From Anderseniella sp. (lineage in GTDB: Bacteria > Pseudomonadota > Alphaproteobacteria > Rhizobiales > Aestuariivirgaceae), in assembly GCA_036350935.1 (NCBI GenBank), contig JAZBOA010000095.1, positions 1-49,393 on the forward strand: 49,393 bases of DNA, in the 5' to 3' direction. Positions 1-8,603 of the stretch are shown piece after piece. Below the pieces are notes generated by a model. The model saw nothing but the letters and a program-made list of their open reading frames with translations, was not told where the DNA came from and did not search any database. The translations under genes were made by a program, and so were the position numbers. Position 1 is the first letter of the stretch, and the number at the start of each line of letters is the position of its first letter.

Positions 1-542
1 AAGTCCCGCATGGCCTGGTTGGCGACGATAGGACCGAACCGGCTGCTAATGCGCCGATGCTCCTCTCGAGCCATGCTGCGCTTCACCTCGTTGATCGCGA
101 GCCGCTTCCAGCGCGGCAGATAGCGATCTAACCGCAGCTGCATGTCGGCGATGCTGCGAGGCGCACAATCCCGCACCCGCATGTCCTCGGCATATTCCGC
201 ATACATACGTTCCACGGTCCATGTGCCTGGGTCCTCCCGACGGCCCGCACCGAGCGCTGCATTCGGATCGATACCCTTCTTGATCTGACCGATCACCGTC
301 TGGGCTAGGTCCCTCGCCTGCTCCAGCGACAGCTCGTCCGTGGTCCCCAGCGTGTACCTTACGGTCTTGGCCAACCGGCGCCGACCATGCTGCCCAATGC
401 AGAGGTCACGCTGCACCTTGTAGGACTTCACCGTCTTGTTGATAGCGACCATCAGACCGGTGACCTTGCTATCGCGGACGGCACGAGGCTTCCCCTCAAA
501 GACCAGCCCCTTAATGAGGTTTTCGGTTAGGCGTTCTGGCAT
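1..542 (-). CDS. Tyrosine recombinase/integrase, N-terminal part (arm-DNA-binding domain); runs off the window edge
   Basis: Not in the ORF track. Manual translation from ATG at 542 gives MPERLTENLIKGLVFEGKPRAVRDSKVTGLMVAINKTVKSYKVQ...RYTLGTTDELSLEQARDLA...IKKGIDP, the typical P4-like integrase arm-binding N-terminus. The frame is open to the window edge and lies next to a tRNA fragment. Confidence 0.85.
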   Translation of the reverse strand, partial: MPERLTENLIKGLVFEGKPRAVRDSKVTGLMVAINKTVKSYKVQRDLCIGQHGRRRLAKTVRYTLGTTDELSLEQARDLAQTVIGQIKKGIDPNAALGAGRREDPGTWTVERMYAEYAEDMRVRDCAPRSIADMQLRLDRYLPRWKRLAINEVKRSMAREEHRRISSRFGPIVANQAMRD

Positions 543-557
543 GACTCAACTCACTCT

Positions 558-603
558 TGCGAACCGTGTTGCTGGCGCCCGTCCGAACCGTCTGCGAACC
601 GTG
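558..603 (+). repeat. Direct repeats TGCGAACCGTG (558-568, 593-603) and CGAACCGT (584-591); probable integrase arm-type sites
   Basis: Repeats seen directly between the integrase start and the att core. Confidence 0.6.
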
Positions 604-709
604 AGGCATTAGGTTCGTCGCGGGCTATAGAGTGAATCTCGTCGCAAAAATGACGCCAAGACAATCATTTAAAGGGATTGCAAGGGCTGCTTAGCGTGAT
701 TAGAGTCCT

Positions 710-755
710 ATTCCTAATCTGGGGGTCGCAGGTTCGAATCCTGCCGGGATCACCA
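710..755 (+). other. att site: 3' half of tRNA-Arg (anticodon CCT)
   Basis: TTCCTAA anticodon loop, T-arm GCAGGTTCGAATCCTGC and acceptor 3' strand ending CCA. No complementary 5' acceptor strand or D-arm upstream, so it is a fragment. Confidence 0.85.
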
Positions 756-801
756 GACTTCATGTCCGGGACAATTACGCACCTGCAGGAGCAAGCACCT
801 G

Positions 802-1755
802 ATGGCCGACATCCTGCTGGTCAGCAACATGATGCCCCACATCCAGCAGGCGCTTGGCGCCCGGCACACGCTGCACCGGCTCTACGAAGCAGAGGAACCG
901 AAGGCGTTTGTCGCAGGCCTGGCCGGCAAGATCACCGGCATCGCAACCATGGGCAAGGCCGATGCCGCCCTCATCGATTGCCTGCCCGGACTGCAGATCA
1001 TTTCCAGCTTCGGGGTGGGTTATGACGGCGTCGATGCAACCCACGCCGCAAGCCGCAATGTCATCGTCACCAACACGCCCGACGTGCTCAATGACGACGT
1101 GGCCAACATGGCGGTCCTGCTGCTGTTGAACTGCTCGCGCCGGTTCTGTGAATGGGAACGTTTCGCCCGGGCGGGCGACTGGGCAAGAGATGGCGACCCG
1201 CCGCTGGCCCGCGCCGTCAGCGGCCGCAAGGTGGGCATTCTCGGCCTTGGCCGCATCGGCCAGGACATCGCCCTCAAGCTGCAGGCGTTCGGCTGCGACA
1301 TCGTCTATCACGGCCGCCGCAAGCAGGACGGCCAGCCCTATCCCTATTTCGCCAGCCTGACCGCCATGGCCCGTGAGGTGGACTTCCTGATTGCCATTTG
1401 CCCGGGCGGCGAGGCTACCCGCGGCATCGTCAACGCCGAAGTGCTGGCTGCCCTGGGACCTGAAGGCACCTTCATCAATGTGGCGCGGGGATCAGTCCAT
1501 GACGAGGACGCCCTCATCGACGCACTGGAGACCGGCAAGCTCGGTTATGCAGGGCTCGATCTGTTTGCAGCCGAACCGCAGATCCCCAAACGGCTGCGCA
1601 AGCTGGACAACGTCGTTCTGCAGCCGCACCAGGGCTCGGCGACGCTGGAAACCCGCAAGGCCATGGGCGACCTTGTGGCCAGCAACCTGCTGGCATGGTT
1701 CGACGGCAAACCCGCGCTGACGCCCGTGCCCGAGTGCAAGCACCTGAACCGGTAG
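802..1755 (+). CDS. D-isomer-specific 2-hydroxyacid dehydrogenase (glyoxylate/hydroxypyruvate reductase type)
   Basis: GVGYDGVD, GILGLGRIG Rossmann motif, INVARG, catalytic E(P) and PHQGS. Confidence 0.93.
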   Translation: MADILLVSNMMPHIQQALGARHTLHRLYEAEEPKAFVAGLAGKITGIATMGKADAALIDCLPGLQIISSFGVGYDGVDATHAASRNVIVTNTPDVLNDDVANMAVLLLLNCSRRFCEWERFARAGDWARDGDPPLARAVSGRKVGILGLGRIGQDIALKLQAFGCDIVYHGRRKQDGQPYPYFASLTAMAREVDFLIAICPGGEATRGIVNAEVLAALGPEGTFINVARGSVHDEDALIDALETGKLGYAGLDLFAAEPQIPKRLRKLDNVVLQPHQGSATLETRKAMGDLVASNLLAWFDGKPALTPVPECKHLNR

Positions 1756-1764
1756 GAACTGATT

Positions 1765-1870
1765 CTAGAGCATCATCCGATCAGATTGAATCGTCTGATC
1801 GGATAAAGTTGCTCGATTCCAAAGTGCTGGAGCAACTTTAGCCGTTCAAGGTGAACGGCTGTTGCTCTAG
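1765..1870. repeat. 106-bp palindromic intergenic element (RIME/CIR/Bru-RS-like miniature repeat)
   Basis: Terminal inverted repeat CTAGAGCA...TGCTCTAG; internal hairpins ATCCGATCAGA/TCTGATCGGAT and AGCCGTTCA/TGAACGGCT; lies between convergent genes. Confidence 0.8.
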
Positions 1871-2538
1871 CCTGCCCGCCGCTGCGCCGGCCCGTTCAGT
1901 CCGGACATCAGGTCGAAGAAACGCTCGCCCTGCACCGTCACGTGATCGCGCAACTCCTGCGCTGCCGTCTCGCCGTCACCCGCCTCGATGGCCTCGCGAA
2001 TGCGCCGGTGCTCGTCCAGCGATTGCCGCACCCGCCCGCGCACCTGCAACTGCATCCGCCGGAATGGCTGCAGCCGCTTCTGCAGTTGCAGCGCTTGCGA
2101 CCTCAGAAAGCCGTTGCCACTGGCCTCGTAGAGTATCTGGTGGAACGTCTCGTTCTCCCGGTAATAGGCGTTGGCGTCATTTTCCGCCTGCGCCATCTCG
2201 CACTTGTCGCAAGCAGTCCGGAACCGGCCAAGCTGCTCGGGCGAGATGCGCTTGGCGGCCAGCCGCCCGCACATGGCTTCCAGTTCGCCCATCACCTCGA
2301 ACATCTCCACCACCTCGACGAAACCCGGCACCCGCACGAAGGCGCCCCGCCGCGGCTTCATGTCGACAAGACCCGAGGCTGCAAGCTGGTTGAGCGCCTC
2401 GCGCACCGGCGTCCGCGACACCCCGAACCGGTTGCACAGGGTAATCTCGTCGAGCCGTAATCCGTCCCCGAACTCACCCGTCAGGATGGCCTGCTCGATC
2501 GCCTCTCGAATCCGGTCAGACGTCTTCTCACTCATCAT
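1867..2538 (-). CDS. matR: GntR/FadR-family (FCD) regulator, MatR-like
   Basis: HTH segment FGVSRTPVREAL, FCD domain; divergent from the malonate operon. Confidence 0.85.
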   Translation of the reverse strand: MMSEKTSDRIREAIEQAILTGEFGDGLRLDEITLCNRFGVSRTPVREALNQLAASGLVDMKPRRGAFVRVPGFVEVVEMFEVMGELEAMCGRLAAKRISPEQLGRFRTACDKCEMAQAENDANAYYRENETFHQILYEASGNGFLRSQALQLQKRLQPFRRMQLQVRGRVRQSLDEHRRIREAIEAGDGETAAQELRDHVTVQGERFFDLMSGLNGPAQRRAG

Positions 2539-2583
2539 GGCAGCGACTGTAGACCTGCCAGCGCGCATTCAACAAGTGGAATT

Positions 2584-2626
2584 TTGTATACAAGAATGTT
2601 GACTCTCGTACTTCCGGCTATAGGGT
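2584..2626 (+). promoter_or_regulatory. GntR-type operator TTGTATACAA followed by a sigma-70-like promoter (TTGACT at 2599-2604)
   Basis: Perfect palindrome at 2584-2593 between the divergent regulator and dctP; resembles FadR/MatR-type operators. Confidence 0.7.
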
Positions 2627-2711
2627 GGCGGCCCTGGATCTTTAACCAGGCTGTTTCCATCAAAACGCGTCCGGCGCGCCCGCAAGTGCCGGACCCCCGG
2701 GAGGATTATCC

Positions 2712-3704
2712 ATGAAGAAGACACTCACTGCCCTGCTTGCAGGCGTGGCCCTTGCCGCCACCATGACCACCGCTGCGCTGTCCAAGGAACTGCGTCTGTC
2801 GCACCAGTGGTCAACCAACGACATCCGCCACAAGGTAGCGCAGATTGTCGCCGACGAAGTTGCCAAGGCCAATGTCGATCTCGAAATCAAGATCTTTCCG
2901 TCAGGTTCATTGTTCAAGGCGCGCGAGCAGTACAAGCCGCTCTCGGCCGGCCAGCTCGACATGACCGTTTATCCGCTGTCCTACGCCGGCGGCCAGCGGC
3001 CTGAATTCAACCTCACCCTGATGCCCGGCCTGGTGAAGAACCACGACCATGCCGCCCGCCTCAACAATTCGGAATTCATGCAGGAAATCGAGAAGCTGAT
3101 GGCCGAGGATGACGTGCGCGTCGTTGTGCACGGCTATCTCGCCGGCGGCTTTGCCTCCAAGGACAACTGCATCACCAAGCCCGAGCACGTGAAGGGCCTG
3201 CAGACCCGCGCTGCCGGCAAGGCGTTCGAGGAAATGCTGGCTGCCGCCGGCGCCTCCATCGCCTCGATGGCGTCATCGGAGGTCTACTCGGCCATGCAGT
3301 CGGGCGTGCTGAACGCCGTGAACACATCGTCTTCGTCGTTCGTGTCGTTCCGCCTGTACGAGCAGGTGAAGTGCTACACGCCGGCCGGCGATGTCGCGCT
3401 GTGGTTCATGTATCAGCCTTTGCTGATGAACAAGTCGGCCTATGACGGGCTGACCGACGAGCAGAAGAAGGCGCTCGACGCCGCTGCCGCCAAGGCCGAG
3501 GCCTACTATCTCGAGGAAGCCAAGAAGGAAGACGCCGCCTCCGTCGAGGTGTTCCAGAAGGCTGGTGTGGAAATCGCCAACATGACGCCTGAAGAGTTCA
3601 AGATGTGGCAGGATCTCGCCAAGGAGTCTTCCTACAAGAAGTTCATCGAGAACGCCGGCGAGAGCGGCCAGCGTCTCCTCGACATGGCCCTGTCGGTCGA
3701 GTGA
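2712..3704 (+). CDS. dctP: TRAP transporter substrate-binding protein (malonate, MatP-like)
   Basis: Signal peptide, GGAGGA RBS, DctP motifs (IKIFPSGSL, KGLQTR, SEVYSAMQSG). Confidence 0.92.
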   Translation: MKKTLTALLAGVALAATMTTAALSKELRLSHQWSTNDIRHKVAQIVADEVAKANVDLEIKIFPSGSLFKAREQYKPLSAGQLDMTVYPLSYAGGQRPEFNLTLMPGLVKNHDHAARLNNSEFMQEIEKLMAEDDVRVVVHGYLAGGFASKDNCITKPEHVKGLQTRAAGKAFEEMLAAAGASIASMASSEVYSAMQSGVLNAVNTSSSSFVSFRLYEQVKCYTPAGDVALWFMYQPLLMNKSAYDGLTDEQKKALDAAAAKAEAYYLEEAKKEDAASVEVFQKAGVEIANMTPEEFKMWQDLAKESSYKKFIENAGESGQRLLDMALSVE

Positions 3705-3732
3705 CACCGTCTGCCATAAGCAACTGAAACAG

Positions 3733-3758
3733 CCGGAGGTGCGCCATAGCACCTCCGG
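3733..3758 (+). terminator. Stem-loop after dctP (mRNA stabiliser or attenuator)
   Basis: CCGGAGGTGC-gccata-GCACCTCCGG; no U-tract. Confidence 0.55.
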
Positions 3759-3799
3759 TGCCGCTCACCAGACCTCATCCTGCACAACCGGGGCACACC

Positions 3800-4351
3800 A
3801 TGGCCGCTGGAATACCCTCCACCACTTCAGGCATCCGCCCCGGCTGGCCGGGACAGGTCGACCGCCTGTCCACGCTGTTCGGCTGGATATCGGCCGGCAT
3901 GATCGTCGTCTCGGTCCTGATCACCTGCCAGATGATCTTCGTGCGCGCCGTGCTCGGCCAGTCCACCGTCTGGCAGACCGAGCTCGTCACCTACCTGATG
4001 GTCGCCGCAACGCTGCTGGGTTTGCCCTATGTGCAGAAGCTGCGCGGTCACGTAAATGTTGATCTGATCCCGCTTATGCTCCGCCGCGGCCCCCGCAAGG
4101 CGCTCGCCATCGTCACCCTGTCCGCTTCCATGCTCATCATCGCGGTGATGCTGTTTTACGGCTTCGAGTTCTGGCACAAGGCATGGGCCCGCAACTGGAA
4201 GTCGGAAACCATCTGGGCGGTACGCCTGTGGATCCCCTATGCCGCCGTGCCGGCCGGCCTCGGCATGCTGCTGCTGCAACTGGCGGCAGACCTCTGGGCA
4301 ACCATCAACGGCACCGACAAACCCTTCAACATTGCTGAGGAGAAGGACTGA
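3800..4351 (+). CDS. dctQ: TRAP small permease
   Basis: Four hydrophobic segments, GHVNVD motif; stop overlaps the dctM start. Confidence 0.9.
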   Translation: MAAGIPSTTSGIRPGWPGQVDRLSTLFGWISAGMIVVSVLITCQMIFVRAVLGQSTVWQTELVTYLMVAATLLGLPYVQKLRGHVNVDLIPLMLRRGPRKALAIVTLSASMLIIAVMLFYGFEFWHKAWARNWKSETIWAVRLWIPYAAVPAGLGMLLLQLAADLWATINGTDKPFNIAEEKD

Positions 4352-5667
4352 TGGATCCGCTCACGCTTGGCGCGCTGCTTGCCGTCATCACCGTCCTTGT
4401 CCTGTTCTCCGGCGTATCCGTAGCCGTCGGCCTGATCATCGTCTCGGCCGGCTTCCTCATGGTGTTCGACGGGCTGCGCTCGCTGCAGCTGCTGCCTGAA
4501 ATCCTGTTCGGCAAGCTCGACAACTTTGCCCTGCTGTCGATCCCGATGTTCATCATCATGGGCGCGTCCATCGCCTCCACCCGCGCCGGGGCAGACCTTT
4601 ACGAAGCACTTGACCGCTGGCTGACCCGGGTCCCCGGCGGGCTTGTCATCTCCAATCTCGGCGCCTGCGCGCTGTTCGCCGCCATGTCCGGCTCGTCGCC
4701 CGCCACCTGTGCGGCAATCGGCAAGATGGGCATCCCCGAGATGCGCAAGCGCGGCTACCCCGACACGGTTGCAACAGGCTCCATCGCCGCGGGCGGCACG
4801 CTGGGCATCCTGATACCGCCGTCGGTCACCATGATCGTCTATGGCATCGCCACGGAGACTTCCATCGGCCGTCTCTTCCTTGCCGGCGTCGTGCCTGGAC
4901 TGCTGCTGGTCACGTTGTTCATGGCCTGGTCGCTCTACGACACATGGCGAAAGGGTTCGGCCGATGCGATTGCGGGCCGGTCCTACAGCTGGCGCGAGCG
5001 CTTCGAGATCATGCCGCGCGTTCTGCCCTTCCTGCTGATCATCATGGGCGTCCTCTACGCCATGTATGGTGGCCTCGCCACGCCGTCGGAAACGGCGGCT
5101 GTCGGCGCCCTGCTGTGCATGGTCATCGCCATCATCATCTACAAGCTCTGGAGCCCGAAGCTGCTGTGGAACGTGCTCCGCGACTCTACGCGCGAGAGCG
5201 TGATGATCCTGTTCATCATCGGCGCCGCCGGGGTGTTCTCCTACATGCTGTCGTCGCTGTTCATCACCCAGTCGATCGCCGCATGGATCGGCACGCTGGA
5301 CGTGAACCCCTGGGTGCTGATGTTCTTCATCAACATCTTCCTGCTGGTGGCCGGCTTCTTCCTGCCGCCGGTGGCCGTCATCCTGATGGCGGCGCCCATC
5401 CTGTTGCCGATCGTCATCAGCGCCGGCTTCGACCCCTACTGGTTCGCCGTCATCCTGACCATCAACATGGAGATCGGCCTGATCACGCCGCCGGTTGGCC
5501 TCAACCTGTACGTGATCAACGGTATCGCCCCGGAAATCAGCTTGCGCACCATCCTGGTCGGCTCGATGCCGTTCGTAGGCTGCATGGTCGTGGCAATCCT
5601 GCTGCTTTGCTTCTTCCCGGGCCTCGCCACCTGGCTGCCCGACCTGATCATGGGTCAAGCCGTATGA
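4351..5667 (+). CDS. dctM: TRAP large permease
   Basis: SGSSPAT, GGTLGILIPPS and GLITPPVGLNL motifs. Confidence 0.95.
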   Translation: MDPLTLGALLAVITVLVLFSGVSVAVGLIIVSAGFLMVFDGLRSLQLLPEILFGKLDNFALLSIPMFIIMGASIASTRAGADLYEALDRWLTRVPGGLVISNLGACALFAAMSGSSPATCAAIGKMGIPEMRKRGYPDTVATGSIAAGGTLGILIPPSVTMIVYGIATETSIGRLFLAGVVPGLLLVTLFMAWSLYDTWRKGSADAIAGRSYSWRERFEIMPRVLPFLLIIMGVLYAMYGGLATPSETAAVGALLCMVIAIIIYKLWSPKLLWNVLRDSTRESVMILFIIGAAGVFSYMLSSLFITQSIAAWIGTLDVNPWVLMFFINIFLLVAGFFLPPVAVILMAAPILLPIVISAGFDPYWFAVILTINMEIGLITPPVGLNLYVINGIAPEISLRTILVGSMPFVGCMVVAILLLCFFPGLATWLPDLIMGQAV

Positions 5668-7004
5668 GCCGCATCTCCTACCTCCAGGACCTGCTGTCGA
5701 GCCTGTTCGAGCGGCGCGAGCAGCCCGCGCCAAAGCCGGACGCGCGGGACATGCTGGCCCTGTGCAAGTCGTTGCTGTCGGACAGCGGCGAGGTGTCCCG
5801 GCTGCAGACGGCAGGCGCGCTGCTGGAGAAGTATGGCAGGGCGGACAATGAGCACAAGCTGGCCTTCTTCAAGAGCCTCGCCGGCGAGTTCGATGTGGAC
5901 ACCGATGAACTGGCAACGCGAACAGCCGAGTACGCGCAGCAGCGCGACGCGGCAAGCCTGAACCGGCTGCTGGCGGTGGCGGAGCCCCGCCGCCAGGAAC
6001 TGCTGCGCCGTCTGAATTCCGTCCCCGGCGGCACCGAGAAGCTGGTGCGCATGCGCGAGGACCTGCTGGCAATCGTGCGCGAGGATGAAAGCCTTGCCCG
6101 GATCGACGTGGACTTCGAACACCTGTTCTCGTCGTGGTTCAACCGCGGCTTCCTGGTGCTCCGGCCCATCGACTGGACGACGCCCGCCTATCTCCTTGAA
6201 AAGATCATCAAGTACGAGGCCGTGCACGCCATCGACAGCTGGGACGACCTGCGCCGCCGCCTGCAGCCGCCCGACCGGCGCTGCTTCGCCTTTTTCCACC
6301 CGGCTATGCCGGACGAGCCGCTGATTTTCGTGGAAGTCGCCCTGACCAGGGGCATCCCGGGCTCGATCCAGATGGTGCTGGCCGAGGATCGCGCTCCGCA
6401 AGGCCCTGAAACGGCCGACACCGCGGTGTTCTATTCAATCTCCAATTGCCAGAAAGGCCTGCGCGGCGTCTCTTTCGGCAACTTCCTGATCAAGCAGGTG
6501 GCGCAGGATCTGGCCCAAGGCCTTCCCAACATCAAGACATTCGTCACGCTGTCACCGGTACCCGGCTTCATGCGCTGGTTCAAGCAGGCAGCAGCCGAAG
6601 ACGACGGCGAGTTGCTTGAGCGCCTCCACCTCGAGGCAAGCGTCATGACGCCGGACAACATCGTCGAGGCATCCGGGGAAACCATTGCCGGGCTGACGGC
6701 GCTGGCGGCGCGCTACTTCCTTCAGGAGCAAAGCCCGAAAGGCGGCCCCATTGATCCGGTCGCGCGCTTTCACCTTGGCAACGGCGCCAGCCTCAAGGCC
6801 ATCCACTGGCTGGGAGACCGCTCGGAAAACGGCATCCGCCAGTCTGCCGGCATGATGGTGAACTACCTCTATGACCTGAAATCGGTCGACGCCAACCACG
6901 AAGCTTTCTCGCGCGATGGCAAGGTCATTGCCTCACGCGAGGTACAGTCGCTGCTCGACCCGAAATATGCCGCCACTGCGGCCCGGAGACAGTCAAATGA
7001 CTAA
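5664..7004 (+). CDS. matA: Malonyl-CoA decarboxylase
   Basis: True start MSRISYL at 5664 (ATGA overlap with dctM). Motifs SWFNRGFL, YEAVH, DRRCFAFFHP, FYSISN, TLSPVPGF, DPVARFHLGNGA. Confidence 0.93.
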   Translation: MSRISYLQDLLSSLFERREQPAPKPDARDMLALCKSLLSDSGEVSRLQTAGALLEKYGRADNEHKLAFFKSLAGEFDVDTDELATRTAEYAQQRDAASLNRLLAVAEPRRQELLRRLNSVPGGTEKLVRMREDLLAIVREDESLARIDVDFEHLFSSWFNRGFLVLRPIDWTTPAYLLEKIIKYEAVHAIDSWDDLRRRLQPPDRRCFAFFHPAMPDEPLIFVEVALTRGIPGSIQMVLAEDRAPQGPETADTAVFYSISNCQKGLRGVSFGNFLIKQVAQDLAQGLPNIKTFVTLSPVPGFMRWFKQAAAEDDGELLERLHLEASVMTPDNIVEASGETIAGLTALAARYFLQEQSPKGGPIDPVARFHLGNGASLKAIHWLGDRSENGIRQSAGMMVNYLYDLKSVDANHEAFSRDGKVIASREVQSLLDPKYAATAARRQSND

Positions 7005-8523
7005 CCACCTGTTCGACGGCCTGATGGCCAATGCCCGCCTGGAACATGACTTTGCCCGCCTGTCGGATGGCCGTACCTTTTCCTACCAGGACGTTGTCGA
7101 TGTCTCCGCCCGCTTCGCCAGCCTGCTGGTTGAACGCGGCGTCAGGCCCGGCGACCGGGTTGCCGTGCAGGTGCCGAAGTCGATCGAAGCCGTGATGCTT
7201 TACCTCGGCGCTGTGCGCGCCGGGGCGGTGTTCCTGCCGCTCAACACCGCCTACATGCCCGCCGAGATCGAATACTTCCTCGGCAATGCAACACCAGCCC
7301 TGTTCGTCTGCGACACGAAGGATGAAGGCGCCTACCAGCCGCTGGCGGACAAGCTGGGCATCAGGCTGGAGACCATGGGCGTATGTCAAAACCCGGATGC
7401 ATCAGCCGGCTCGCTGCCCGACGCCGCCCTGGCCCAACCGGCAACCTTTGCCGATGTGGAACGCGGGCCCGATGACCTCGCCGCCATCCTCTACACCTCG
7501 GGCACCACGGGCCGCTCCAAGGGCGCCATGCTGACCCACGAAAACCTGTTGTCCAATGCCGTCGTGTTGAAGGACCTGTGGCGGTTCACCGAAGATGACG
7601 TGCTGCTGCATGCGCTGCCCGTTTTCCACACCCACGGCCTGTTCGTCGCCACCAACACCATCATGCGCGCCGGCGCCAGCATGATCTTCCTGCCCGGCTT
7701 CAATGCCGATCAGGTGATCCGTTACCTGCCCGAATGCACTGCCATGATGGGCGTGCCGACTTTCTACACAAGGCTGCTGGATGATGAGCGCTTCACCCGG
7801 GACCTGGTCAGCCACATGCGGCTGTTCGTATCCGGTTCGGCGCCGTTGCTGGCAGAAACCCACATCGCCTTCGAGGAGCGCACCGGCCACCGCATCCTCG
7901 AACGTTACGGCATGACCGAAACCAACATGAACACCTCGAACCCCTATGACGGCGACCGCCGCGCCGGCACCGTGGGCTTTGCCTTGCCGGGCGTCGACCT
8001 TCGCGTCTGCGAACCGGACACCGGCAGGCAAGTGCCCAACGGCGAGATCGGCATGATCGAGGTGAAGGGGCCAAACGTGTTCGCCGGCTACTGGCAGATG
8101 CCGGAAAAGACGAAGGAAGAGTTTCGCCATGACGGCTTCTTCATCACCGGCGACCTCGGCAAGATCGACGAGGACGGCTATGTGCACATCGTCGGGCGCG
8201 GCAAGGACCTGATCATCTCCGGCGGCTACAACATCTACCCCAAGGAGATCGAACTGCTGCTCGACGAACAGGACGGTGTGCTGGAATCTGCCGTCATCGG
8301 CGTGCCGCACCCGGACTTCGGCGAAGGCGTTGTGGGCGTCATTGTGCCGGCCAGGGGTGCTAACGTCAGTGAGGACAGGCTGATGGACGCCATCCGGGAC
8401 AAGATCGCCCGCTTCAAGCAGCCGAAGAGAATCTATGTCGTCGATGAATTGCCCCGCAACACCATGGGCAAGGTGCAGAAGAACATCCTGCGCGACCAGT
8501 ATGGCGGCACCTTCGCAAGCTGA
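6997..8523 (+). CDS. matB: Malonyl-CoA synthetase
   Basis: YTSGTTGRSKG, ERYGMTET, PRNTMGKVQK; directly follows matA. Confidence 0.93.
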   Translation: MTNHLFDGLMANARLEHDFARLSDGRTFSYQDVVDVSARFASLLVERGVRPGDRVAVQVPKSIEAVMLYLGAVRAGAVFLPLNTAYMPAEIEYFLGNATPALFVCDTKDEGAYQPLADKLGIRLETMGVCQNPDASAGSLPDAALAQPATFADVERGPDDLAAILYTSGTTGRSKGAMLTHENLLSNAVVLKDLWRFTEDDVLLHALPVFHTHGLFVATNTIMRAGASMIFLPGFNADQVIRYLPECTAMMGVPTFYTRLLDDERFTRDLVSHMRLFVSGSAPLLAETHIAFEERTGHRILERYGMTETNMNTSNPYDGDRRAGTVGFALPGVDLRVCEPDTGRQVPNGEIGMIEVKGPNVFAGYWQMPEKTKEEFRHDGFFITGDLGKIDEDGYVHIVGRGKDLIISGGYNIYPKEIELLLDEQDGVLESAVIGVPHPDFGEGVVGVIVPARGANVSEDRLMDAIRDKIARFKQPKRIYVVDELPRNTMGKVQKNILRDQYGGTFAS

Positions 8524-8603
8524 GCCCCCGGCGAATGCATTGACGAATGCACAGCATGTCCTAGGCTGGGTTCATCTCGACTGATTGGCCCGGGAGCATG
8601 CAC

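Larger units (their letters stand above)
1..755. mobile_element. Right end of a tRNA-Arg-targeted genomic island or prophage-like element
   Basis: Integrase 5' end, arm-type repeats and a duplicated tRNA 3' half; composition switches to host-like GC after 755. Confidence 0.75.

Noticed and set aside
678-755. Complete tRNA gene
   Set aside because: No 5' acceptor strand or D-arm, and the anticodon stem does not pair; it is an att fragment. ORF 678..1025 merely reads through it.
4944-5663. N-terminal extension making a 686-aa MatA fusion
   Set aside because: Out-of-frame overlap with dctM and low-complexity Arg/His/Pro content; the real start is 5664.
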